Positions 1 through 8,470 of a DNA stretch of 64,000 nt are shown piece after piece. How positions within the stretch are numbered: the stretch's first letter is position 1; every line of letters begins with the position of its first letter. The DNA is from an uncultured Pseudomonadota bacterium (GTDB lineage: Bacteria; Pseudomonadota; Alphaproteobacteria; JACZXZ01), in contig CAVVLJ010000020.1 in NCBI GenBank assembly GCA_963749075.1, forward strand, positions 1-64,000, in the 5' to 3' direction. The translations under genes and the position numbers were made by a program. The notes below the pieces were generated by a model that saw nothing but the letters and a program-made list of their open reading frames with translations, was not told the DNA's origin and ran no database searches.

Positions 1-666
1 GCCGGCGAGTGCTGCGGCGAACGCGACACCGCCCGCGAGCGGTCCGAGGAGCACGAGGGCGGCCAAGGCGCCGAGCGCTGCCGCCGTCACCACGACCTCC
101 TGGCTCGGTTGCGCGACCAGGACGCCGAGCCCGGAGTTTCGCGCCGGCTCGAGTGCGAAGGGGAGGAGCGGGAGGAGTGCGCGCGAGGTTGCCGCCGCCG
201 CGGCGAGCGCTGCGAGCACCGTCCACGGTTGCGCCAGTTGGGCGAGGGCGGCCGCGCGCACGCCGATGCTCATGATGAGCGCCAGCACGCCGAAGCTGCC
301 GATCCGGCTGTCGCGCATGATGGCGAGCCGCTCCACCTCATTGCCGCCGGCAAGCCCGTCGGCAAAGTCGGCGAGGCCGTCCTCGTGAAGGCCGCCCGTC
401 GCGGCGATGGCGAGACCCAAGGCGAGCAATGCCGCGAGTGAATGGGCGAGGCCGAGCAGGCTCGCGATGCCGTAGCCGGCGCCGGCCGCGGCGCCGAGGA
501 CTGCGCCCACGAGCGGGGCGGCGCGGAGCGCGCGGGCGCCCGGAGCGCCGGCGGCGGCGCAGCGCAAGGGGAGCCGCGTGAGGAGAAGGGCGGCGGCGCA
601 GAGGTCCTCGCCCCACCCGCTCGCCAGGCTCGACCACTCGAAGCGCTGCCAATCGATGCGCGCCAT
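1..666 (-). CDS. cobS: Adenosylcobinamide-GDP ribazoletransferase (cobalamin synthase), 3' end runs off the window
   Basis: Not in the ORF track (no stop in window). Manual translation from ATG 666: ...LLTRLP...TGGLHEDGLADFADG...RLAIMRDSRIGSFGVLAL, the CobS signature motifs; hydrophobic. Confidence 0.9.
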   Translation of the reverse strand, partial: MARIDWQRFEWSSLASGWGEDLCAAALLLTRLPLRCAAAGAPGARALRAAPLVGAVLGAAAGAGYGIASLLGLAHSLAALLALGLAIAATGGLHEDGLADFADGLAGGNEVERLAIMRDSRIGSFGVLALIMSIGVRAAALAQLAQPWTVLAALAAAAATSRALLPLLPFALEPARNSGLGVLVAQPSQEVVVTAAALGALAALVLLGPLAGGVAFAAALAG

Positions 667-688
667 CCCGGCACCTCTCGTCCTCGCG

Positions 689-1528
689 TCACTCGCCCAT
701 CTGCAGGAGCAGCCCGCGCCGGCGCACCAGACGGAAGAAGCCAAGGAAGGCCGCACCCCCTGCCGCAAGATAGAAAACGTTGAGAGCAAGCGCCTCGGCC
801 ATCAGATCGGCGCGGAAGCTGTGCTCGAACATGACCGCGCGCATGCCCTCGAAGACATAGGACATCGGGAGCGCCCAGGCGACGGGCTGCAGCCAGCCCG
901 GCAGCGTCGCGATCGGGTAATAGACGCCGCTCAAGGGTGCCAGCGCGAAGATGGCGAGCCACGCCAGGCTCTCGGCGCCGAGCCCGTAGCGCAGGATGCA
1001 GCCCGAGACCGCGAGCCCGAGCGCCCAGCCGAAGATCATGAGATTGACGAAGAACGCGAGGAGCGGCAGGCCGATGGTGAAGATCGAGAAGGCGTAGAGC
1101 GGGATGGCGATGAGTGCCGCCGGCAGCGTGCCGATGAGGGTGCGCACCAGGCTCATGGCGGCGAGCGAGAGCATGAGCTCGTAGGGCCGCAAGGGCGTCA
1201 CGAAGAGCTGCCCCAGGTTGCGCGCCCACACCTCCTCGAGGAAGGAGACCGCGACGCCGAGCTGGCTGCGGAAAAGCACGTCCCACAGGAGCACGCCCGC
1301 GATGAGCACGCCGCCGGCCTGCGCGAGCCAGGTGCTGTGGGCGACGAAGAATTTCGTGATGAAACCCCAGAGGATCACCTGCATGGTCGGCCAATAAACG
1401 AGCTCGGCGATGCGCGGCCAGGAGCCGCGCAGGAGATAGAGATAGCGCAGCAGCATTGCCCACACCCGCTGCAAGGAGAATGGCGAAGGGGCCGCCATGG
1501 CGACCGCGCGGTGCGCCGGCGCCGTCAC
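689..1528 (-). CDS. ABC-2 type transporter permease
   Basis: About 6 hydrophobic segments, FLEEVWARNLGQLFVTPL and SGVYYPIATLPGWLQ motifs; 4-bp overlap with the upstream ATPase gene. Start uncertain. Confidence 0.85.
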   Translation of the reverse strand: MTAPAHRAVAMAAPSPFSLQRVWAMLLRYLYLLRGSWPRIAELVYWPTMQVILWGFITKFFVAHSTWLAQAGGVLIAGVLLWDVLFRSQLGVAVSFLEEVWARNLGQLFVTPLRPYELMLSLAAMSLVRTLIGTLPAALIAIPLYAFSIFTIGLPLLAFFVNLMIFGWALGLAVSGCILRYGLGAESLAWLAIFALAPLSGVYYPIATLPGWLQPVAWALPMSYVFEGMRAVMFEHSFRADLMAEALALNVFYLAAGGAAFLGFFRLVRRRGLLLQMGE

Positions 1529-2286
1529 TGCGCCGCCTCGGCGCCGGGGCCGCGCGCGATGTCGAGGAAGACCTCCTCGAGGTTGTGCCGGCCGTAGCGC
1601 TGGATGAGATCGCCCGGGGCACCACGGTCGACGATGCGTCCCGCCTTCATCATCAGCACGTCCGAGCAGAGGCGCTCGACCTCCGACATGTTGTGGGAGG
1701 CAAGCAGGATCGTGGCATCGTTCTCGGCGCGGTAGCGCTCGAGGTAGCTGCGCACCCAGTCCGCGCTGTCGGGGTCGAGGGAGGCGGTGAGCTCGTCGAG
1801 CAGCAGGAGCTCGGGCGCGTTCAAGAGCGCCTTGGCGAGCACGACGCGGCTGCGCTGGCCGGCCGAGAGCGTGCCGGTCGGGCGCTTGAGGAACGGCGTC
1901 AGCCCGAGCTCCTCGGCGATCTCGGCCACGCGCCGGCGCACGTCGAGGATGCCGTAGAGATGCCCGTAGACCGTGAGATTCTCGAGCGGCGTCAACCGCT
2001 TGGGCATCTCGACGTAGGGCGAGGAGAAGTTCATGCGGTGGAGCACGCGCTGGCGGTGGCGCAGCATGTCCTCGCCGAGCGCCTCGACCGTGCCCTCGCT
2101 CGGCAGGAGGAGGCCCAAGAGGATCGAGAGCGTCGTCGTCTTGCCGGCGCCGTTGCCGCCGAGGAGCGCCACGGTCGAGCCCCTGGCGAGCGCGAAGCTT
2201 ATATTGTCGACGGCGGTGAGCGTGCCGAAGCGCTTGGTCAGGCGCTCGACGCGGACGACCGGTTGACGAAGGGCGGCTCCTGGCAT
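1525..2286 (-). CDS. ABC transporter ATP-binding protein
   Basis: Walker A GGNGAGKTT, signature LSAGQ, Walker B LLLLDE, H-loop SH. Confidence 0.92.
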   Translation of the reverse strand: MPGAALRQPVVRVERLTKRFGTLTAVDNISFALARGSTVALLGGNGAGKTTTLSILLGLLLPSEGTVEALGEDMLRHRQRVLHRMNFSSPYVEMPKRLTPLENLTVYGHLYGILDVRRRVAEIAEELGLTPFLKRPTGTLSAGQRSRVVLAKALLNAPELLLLDELTASLDPDSADWVRSYLERYRAENDATILLASHNMSEVERLCSDVLMMKAGRIVDRGAPGDLIQRYGRHNLEEVFLDIARGPGAEAAQ

Positions 2287-2421
2287 CGGCGCAATATGGT
2301 CCCGGTGCGGGAAGCTGCCAAGGGCCGAGATGGCGGCGGCACCGCCGCTCCGCGTTGGCCGCGGGGCCGCCGCCGCGCTAGATTGGCGGCCGGGGCGAAG
2401 CGTGCGCTAAGCGAGGCAAGG

Positions 2422-3754
2422 ATGGCCGCGGCGAACGGGATGCCAGGTGCCGAGCGGCAGCTCGAGGACGCCGGCGGGCGCGTCAAGCAGCGCACCCTCG
2501 TGCTGATCCGCTGGATCGCCATCGTCGGCCAGGCGGCGGCGATCTGCGTCGTGCATTTCGTCATGGGCCATCGCGTGCCGCTCGTCTCGGCGCTCGCCGT
2601 CGTGGCCGCCTCGGCACTGCTCAACGCCGTTGTCGGGCGGCGGCGCAACCTGCGCATGGTGCTGAGCGACGGCGAGGCGGCGCTCTATCTCGCCTACGAC
2701 ATCGTGCAGCTCTCAGTGCTGCTCTATCTCACGGGCGGGCTCGTCAATCCCTTTGCCGTGCTCATCCTGGCGCCGGTGATCGTCTCGGCGACCGTGCTGT
2801 CGCGCATCAGCACGATCGGGCTGGGGCTGCTTGCCGCCGGCAGCGTCACGCTCCTCGCCGCGGTGCACCTGCCGCTGCCGTGGGCCGACGGCTCGTTCGA
2901 GCCGCCGCTCGTCTATGTCGCCGGCATCTGGATGGCATTGCTGCTCAGCACCTTCTTCATCGCCGCCTATGTGGGGAGCGTCGCCAAGGAGGCGCGCCGC
3001 CTGTCGCAGGCCCTGGCCGCGATCCAGCTGGCGCTGGCCCGCGAGCAGCGCCTGGCCTCCCTCGGAGCACTCGCCGCCGCGGCCGCCCACGAGCTCGGCA
3101 GCCCGCTTGCCACCATAGCACTCGCGAGCCGCGAGATCGCCCGCGAGCTGCCGGCAGAGAGTCCGATCCGCGAGGACGTTCGAGCTCCTCATCAGCCAGA
3201 CGGCGCGTTGCCGCGACATCCTGGCCGAGCTCGGGCGCGAGCCGGGTGCGGAAAAGCGCCTGCCCTTCACGCGTCTGCCCCTTTCGGCGCTCGTCGAGGC
3301 GGCGGCCAAGCCGCACCGCAACCCGGCGGTCGAGCTCATCCTCGACGCGGCGCCTGCCGAGGGGGCGCCCGAGGACTCGGCGGAGCCCTTCGTCACCGGC
3401 GGTCCGGAAATCCTTCACGGCCTCGGCAACGTGATCCAGAACGCCATCCAATTCGCCCGCCGCGAGGTGGTGGTGCGCCAGCGCTGGGACTTCACGGAGG
3501 TGACGATCGAGGTCATGGACGACGGCCCGGGCATCCCCTCCCATCTTCTCGAGCGCATGGGCGAGCCCTATATCTCGAGCCGCGCCCAGCGGGGCGCCCA
3601 AATGGGACTCGGTATCTTCATTGCGCAGAAACTCCTGGAGCGCACCGGGGCCGAGCTCGGCTTCGCCAACCGGCCGGAAGGCGGGGCGAGGGTCACCGTG
3701 CGTTGGCGGCGCGCCATGATCGACGCCGCGCCTGAGGAAGGGAAAATGCCATGA
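2422..3754 (+). pseudogene. regB: RegB/PrrB/ActS redox-sensing histidine kinase with a +1 frameshift at ~3180 (real or sequencing error)
   Basis: LIRWIAIVGQ, quinone-binding GGLVNPF and H-box AHELGSPL in one frame. Removing one T from GAC GTT C gives EDVELLISQTARCRDIL...GNVIQNA...DDGPG...GLGIFIA, ending at 3754. Adjacent to regA. Confidence 0.9.
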
Positions 3755-4311
3755 ACGGCCCGGATTTCGGCGGCGCGTCGCCGGGCGAAGAGCGCCTGCT
3801 GATCGTCGACGACGACGAGACCTTCCGCAGCCGCCTGGCCCGCGCCATGGAGCGCCGCGGCTATGCGGTCTCCACGGCGGACAGCGTGCAGAGCGGCGTC
3901 GCCGCCGCCCGCACGACGCTCCCCGCCTTTGCCGTCGTCGACCTCAGGCTCGGCGAGGGCAGCGGTCTCGACGTGGTGAAGGCGCTGCGCGAGGCGCGCA
4001 CCGACGTGCGCGTCGTCGTGCTCACCGGCTACGGCAACATCGCCACGGCGGTCGCCGCGGTCAAGGCGGGTGCCATCGATTACCTGCCCAAGCCGGCGGA
4101 TGCCGATCAGATCGAGGCGGCGCTCAAGATGCACTGCCGGCCGCTGCCCCCGCCGCCCGACAATCCCATGACCGCGGACCGGGTGCGCTGGGAGCATATC
4201 CAGCGCGTCTTCGAGCAATGCGGGCGCAACGTCTCGGAGACGGCGCGCCGGCTCAACATGCACCGCCGTACGCTGCAGCGCATCCTCGGCAAATATGCGC
4301 CGCGGGAATAG
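3751..4311 (+). CDS. regA: RegA/PrrA/ActR response regulator
   Basis: Receiver domain (IVDDD, VVDLRL, LTGYGNIATAV) plus Fis-type HTH WEHIQRVFEQCGRNVSETARRLNMHRRTLQRIL. Confidence 0.96.
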   Translation: MNGPDFGGASPGEERLLIVDDDETFRSRLARAMERRGYAVSTADSVQSGVAAARTTLPAFAVVDLRLGEGSGLDVVKALREARTDVRVVVLTGYGNIATAVAAVKAGAIDYLPKPADADQIEAALKMHCRPLPPPPDNPMTADRVRWEHIQRVFEQCGRNVSETARRLNMHRRTLQRILGKYAPRE

Positions 4312-4482
4312 CCGCCGTCGGGCCGGCCCCGCCGATGCAGTTTGCAAATTAGGTTGCAGAATGCACCGGCGCGGCGGCGGTCGCGCGAGCTCGTCCGCCG
4401 GCCCGGCGGTGGGAGAAAGCCCGGCCATGCTGCATCCGCTTTGTTAGAGGGCGGAGGAGGGCCCGCTAGCCAGAGGCGAGTC

Positions 4483-4528
4483 TATCAATATATTGTGTGA
4501 CTCAACCTGATCCGACAATATGTTGTGT
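4483..4528. promoter_or_regulatory. Tandem AT-rich palindromes resembling a pair of NrdR boxes
   Basis: tatCAATATATTGtgt (4483-4498) and cgaCAATATGTTGtgt (4513-4528), 30 bp apart; similar to the NrdR consensus acaCwAtATaTwGtgt. Confidence 0.5.
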
Positions 4529-4774
4529 CTCCGCTCGAGAGGGAGCGTGCGCACGGCGCCTGTCACGCCGTGCACAGCCCGGCCGCGCCGCGCTTTTTCC
4601 CCCGGCGGCGGGAGTTTGGCCCCTGGCACCCCGCGGCGCGGCGTGCGGCCCAAAGTCTGCATGAGAGAGGCTGGCTCGGGATGTCGGCATGGCGTGGATT
4701 CCTTGCCCCCGGCCCGGTGCAGCGAGTATAAGACCCGTTGCGCGAAAGAACTCTTTGCCAAGGAGGCCGTTAGG

Positions 4775-6157
4775 ATGGTCGATACTCTCCTCCGGAACAG
4801 TCGCGCTTCCGCCGCCTTGGCGACCTGCGGAGGTTTCGCGCTGTTGCTCGCGCTCGCCGCACCTGCCACGGCGCAGAACGCGCCGGCGGGAGCACCTGCG
4901 GCGGTTACCCCTGTCACTTCCTCGGATGCGGGCCCCAGCGGCACCCAGGGCAACGCGGCCGGCCCCGCCGGCGGCACCCAGGGCAACGCCGGCGGCGCTG
5001 CGGCCCCGGCCGCGGCCCCGGCGCCAGTGTCTCACTTGGCGCCCGTGGCGCCGATCGGGGACGTGACCGGCACCGTGCCGCCCGCGACCGTGCAGCCGAT
5101 TCCCACCGTGGCCCCGCTGCCGGCGCTTACCGTGCCGGCGGACATCGTGCAGGCGGCCATCGACCGCAACGACGTGGGCGACGCCAAGGTGAAGCAGTTC
5201 CTCGTGGCAGGCGATAACACGCAGCCCCAGACGGTGACCGACCGGGCGCGCTCGCTCGTGCATGCCGTGCGCGACACCAAGGCGGGCCAGGATCCGCAGC
5301 AGTTCCTCGACATCTCGCAGCGCATCGCCACCGTCGCCAAGTCGCTGGAAGTCGATCAGGTCCAGAAGGTGGAGGTCTCGACCAGCTACCGTCCGGGTCC
5401 TGACGACAAGGGCTTCAAGTTCGGCGCTGCCGGCGCCGCGGCGCCGCCGCGCTTCGCGCTGCTGACGCCGCAGGATCCCCTCGTCAAGGGCGTCGACATG
5501 CGCGTCATCAACTCGCCGGGCGGCAATTCCCTGACCGGCAGCGGCGTCATCGGCGTGCGCAGCTTCCAGGTCGCCGTGCCCAACGGCGAGTATCGCGTCA
5601 TCCTGCTGACCGGCAACCCGGGCCCGCCCAATGTGCTCACCGCGCCCTTCGGCTCCACGATCAAGGTCAATGCGGTCGAGCGCCAGGTTGCCTCCAGCGA
5701 GCCGAGCAAGTGGGGCGGCAACGGCACCCTCGACACGCCGCCCGCGGCCGAGAACAACAATCCTCCGCTCCCGGGCAGCGACAGCGGCGTCACCACGCAC
5801 CAGTCCGGCCCCGCGGCGGCGCCCAACGCGCCGGCCGGCGGCGGTGGCAGCGCCGGCGGTGCGATCATGATCACGGCGCAAGTCGCCGACGGCCACTTGA
5901 ATGTGTCGTTCACTCCGGCCCAGGACCAGCCGAACCCGCAGACCTACATCGTCGGCATGATCGCCGAGTCGACCAACCATCCCTCGGGCCTGCAGGGCAT
6001 CGATATTCTCAACATCGAGTCCCAGGTCATGGCCGAGGCCCTCAACTTGAGCGAACCGCCTCGGGCCGGCCAGGGCTCCGGTGCGGCGCTCGATCCGCAA
6101 GGCTCGACGGCGCCGCCATCGAACACTCCGCCGGTGCCCGTGGCGAGCCCCACATGA
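4775..6157 (+). CDS. Secreted Ala/Pro/Gly-rich hypothetical protein with a probable galactose-binding-like beta-sandwich domain
   Basis: Signal peptide ending APATA-Q; low-complexity N-terminal region with a GTQGNA repeat; FQVAVPNGEYRVILLTG and VADGHLNVSF resemble galactose-binding-like domains; host-like codon usage. Confidence 0.7.
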   Translation: MVDTLLRNSRASAALATCGGFALLLALAAPATAQNAPAGAPAAVTPVTSSDAGPSGTQGNAAGPAGGTQGNAGGAAAPAAAPAPVSHLAPVAPIGDVTGTVPPATVQPIPTVAPLPALTVPADIVQAAIDRNDVGDAKVKQFLVAGDNTQPQTVTDRARSLVHAVRDTKAGQDPQQFLDISQRIATVAKSLEVDQVQKVEVSTSYRPGPDDKGFKFGAAGAAAPPRFALLTPQDPLVKGVDMRVINSPGGNSLTGSGVIGVRSFQVAVPNGEYRVILLTGNPGPPNVLTAPFGSTIKVNAVERQVASSEPSKWGGNGTLDTPPAAENNNPPLPGSDSGVTTHQSGPAAAPNAPAGGGGSAGGAIMITAQVADGHLNVSFTPAQDQPNPQTYIVGMIAESTNHPSGLQGIDILNIESQVMAEALNLSEPPRAGQGSGAALDPQGSTAPPSNTPPVPVASPT

Positions 6158-6185
6158 CGCTATGATGGCTTGACACCCCCCAGCG

Positions 6186-6229
6186 TTCGGGCCGATGGTT
6201 GCAGTCAACCATCGGCCCGAATGGTTTTT
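6186..6229 (+). terminator. 16-bp perfect hairpin followed by a T-rich tract (terminator or mRNA stabiliser)
   Basis: TTCGGGCCGATGGTTG-cagt-CAACCATCGGCCCGAA then TGGTTTTT, about 30 nt after the stop at 6157. Confidence 0.7.
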
Positions 6230-6377
6230 GCGCTCGGGTGGGGTTGTTGTGGCGCTGACACAACGACGGGAAATCGGGCCACAGGCCGCGATGACGGCCT
6301 GCATCGTCATTGCGATAGCCGACTGGGGCAGGCATAATCGCAATAAGTGGCAAAGCTACGGGATATGAGGAGGGGCC

Positions 6378-7679
6378 GTGCAGTGGAGGCCAGCTCTCGG
6401 AGGCGCGGCATTCGCGCTGGGCGTGCTTGTCACGCTGCTCGCTCCGATGTCCGCCTGGGCGCAGAACCAGGACTATCCGAGCGCCAAGGAAGAGTCGGTA
6501 ACGGGCCGCCAGCGGACCGACTTCCAGACCCTGGGAATCGAGGTCGATAACTTCATCCTCCACGGCGCGCTCCAGGGCGAGGCCGAATACGAAAGCAACG
6601 TGTTCCTGCTGCCCAAGCCGTCCGGCGACTTCATCCGCCGGCTCAAGCCCAGTCTCGGCATCGCGGGCGAGACCGAGGACACCACCCTCCAGCTCAATGC
6701 CGACGCCGATTCCGTCTGGTACAGGCACTATCACCCGAGCAACCACATCGACTTCAACGTGATCGTAAGCGCCAAGCACGACATCACCGACGAGAGCAAC
6801 ATCACGGTGACCGGACAGCAGTCGCGCCTCTCCGAGGCGCGCGGCACCGTGAACGATCCCGGAACCTCTTGCGGGCCCAACCAGTACGACCTCACCAAAT
6901 TCACGGTGCTGCCGCAATTCAGCTCCACCCCCTATCTCGGCAACGTCAAGATCGAGGGCCGCTATTTCGACTGGCTGCCCAATTGCGGCATCTCCAACGC
7001 CGACCGCACCGACTACGAGCTCTATGCCGGCACGCGCGAGGGCTACCAGTTCGACAGCGGGCTCACCGTTTTCGTCGAGCCGAGCTGGGAGATCCATCAA
7101 TTCGTCAAGCGCCGCGACCGCGACGGCATCGACCACGACTCGCAGACCTATCAGGGACTGCTGGGCCTGAGCTACGACGCGCTGCAGAACGCCAACATCG
7201 AGTTCAGCGCCGGCTACTTTTACGAGTCGTTCTTCGCCAAGGATCAGTTCTTCGGCGGCCAGATGCTGCCCGGTTCGGTGAGCGGCTGGTCGATCCAGGG
7301 CACCGGTCTGTGGAACTTCACCGAGGACATGACGCTGAGCGGCTCGGTCAGCCGCGCCAACACCGACGTCCTGCCCTTCGCCACGATCACCACCGCCCTC
7401 AACACCACGGTCGACACGACGACCGCAGGACTGCTGCGGCTCGATTGGCAGACCATGGACCAGTTGCTGACCTATGTCGGCGGCAACATCGCCTACGACG
7501 AATATCCCGGCACGTCGCTCACCGAGACCACCCTTGGAGCCACCACCGGCGGGACGTATTATATCAACCGTTACCTATCGCTCGAGTTGCAGTATATTTT
7601 CAGCGTGCGAGATTCCTCCCTATCCTCGCGGAACTATACGGACCACCAATTGTTCTTTCGCGTGAATACCCAGTATTAG
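6378..7679 (+). CDS. Polysaccharide-associated outer-membrane beta-barrel protein (BBP2/GumB-neighbour type)
   Basis: GGAGG RBS, signal peptide (SAWA-Q), alternating beta-strand pattern, YESNVF motif, C-terminal aromatic residue (NTQY); upstream of wza. Confidence 0.8.
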   Translation: MQWRPALGGAAFALGVLVTLLAPMSAWAQNQDYPSAKEESVTGRQRTDFQTLGIEVDNFILHGALQGEAEYESNVFLLPKPSGDFIRRLKPSLGIAGETEDTTLQLNADADSVWYRHYHPSNHIDFNVIVSAKHDITDESNITVTGQQSRLSEARGTVNDPGTSCGPNQYDLTKFTVLPQFSSTPYLGNVKIEGRYFDWLPNCGISNADRTDYELYAGTREGYQFDSGLTVFVEPSWEIHQFVKRRDRDGIDHDSQTYQGLLGLSYDALQNANIEFSAGYFYESFFAKDQFFGGQMLPGSVSGWSIQGTGLWNFTEDMTLSGSVSRANTDVLPFATITTALNTTVDTTTAGLLRLDWQTMDQLLTYVGGNIAYDEYPGTSLTETTLGATTGGTYYINRYLSLELQYIFSVRDSSLSSRNYTDHQLFFRVNTQY

Positions 7680-7706
7680 GCGCACATCTTGCGGGTGCGA
7701 TCGGGC

Positions 7707-8318
7707 ATGGCCATGACGAGCCGAAGAACTCGCGGCTTCCTGGGCCGGGCGGCAGCTCTCCTCAGTGGATTGGCGCTTGCCTTGGCCGTGGCCGGTTGCG
7801 GCGGCCGCAGTACGGAAGCCCCCGCCGGGACGGGCGCGGACAGCGTGCAGAAGGCGGTCGCCGATTACAAGCTCGAGACCGGCGACCAGGTCCAGATCCT
7901 GGTTTACGGCCAGCCCGACCTCTCGGGCAAGTTCGGGGTTGACGGCAACGGCAACCTGACGCTGCCGCTCGTCGGCTCGCTTCACGTCGAGGGGCAGACG
8001 GCAACGGAAATCCAGAGCGCCCTGACCGACGCCCTCAACAAGGGCTTCCTCGTCAATGCGCAGGTGACCGTTCAGATCGCCGCCTACAGGCCCTTCTACA
8101 TCCTCGGCGAGGTCAACAAGCCCGGCAGCTATCCCTTCAGCTTCGGCATGACCGTGCGCCAGGCGGTCGCCATCGCCGGAGGCTACACGCGGCGCGCGCG
8201 CCAGGGCACGGTCGAAGTCTTCCACTCGGGCCAGACGAACAACGACGCCGTCGACGCCGGCGAGGACTATCTGGTGCTGCCGGGCGACACCATTCAGATC
8301 GAAAAGCGGATATTCTAA
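7707..8318 (+). CDS. wza: Polysaccharide export lipoprotein (Wza/GumB family)
   Basis: Lipobox VAGC; YKLETGDQVQILVYGQPDLSG...LPLVG; RPFYILGEVNKPGSYP (SLBB domain). Confidence 0.9.
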   Translation: MAMTSRRTRGFLGRAAALLSGLALALAVAGCGGRSTEAPAGTGADSVQKAVADYKLETGDQVQILVYGQPDLSGKFGVDGNGNLTLPLVGSLHVEGQTATEIQSALTDALNKGFLVNAQVTVQIAAYRPFYILGEVNKPGSYPFSFGMTVRQAVAIAGGYTRRARQGTVEVFHSGQTNNDAVDAGEDYLVLPGDTIQIEKRIF

Positions 8319-8380
8319 TCGCTGCCGCATTGGCGTATGTTAAGAGGGCGGCTTAGCGTACGCAGCCCAAGGCGCTGGTT

Positions 8381-8396
8381 TGGCACGCCAATTGTA
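8381..8396 (+). promoter_or_regulatory. Possible sigma-54 promoter upstream of wzc
   Basis: TGGCACG-CCAA-TTGTA versus the consensus TGGCACG-N4-TTGCW; the -12 GC is GT. Confidence 0.3.
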
Positions 8397-8470
8397 TGGT
8401 ACTCGGGGACCGGCCGGAGCGCCGCTGCGGGCGTTGCCGCGATGGTTGCGGTCCTGACACAGGTGGTTCG

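Noticed and set aside
1456-3735. 759-aa ORF read as a single long kinase
   Set aside because: Only 2422-~3180 is RegB; the N-terminus is antisense to the ABC gene and the C-terminus is out of frame.
4369-4387. GCGGC-N4-GTCGC as a RegA site
   Set aside because: Spacing and the AT-rich centre do not fit, and such GC-rich matches are frequent by chance.
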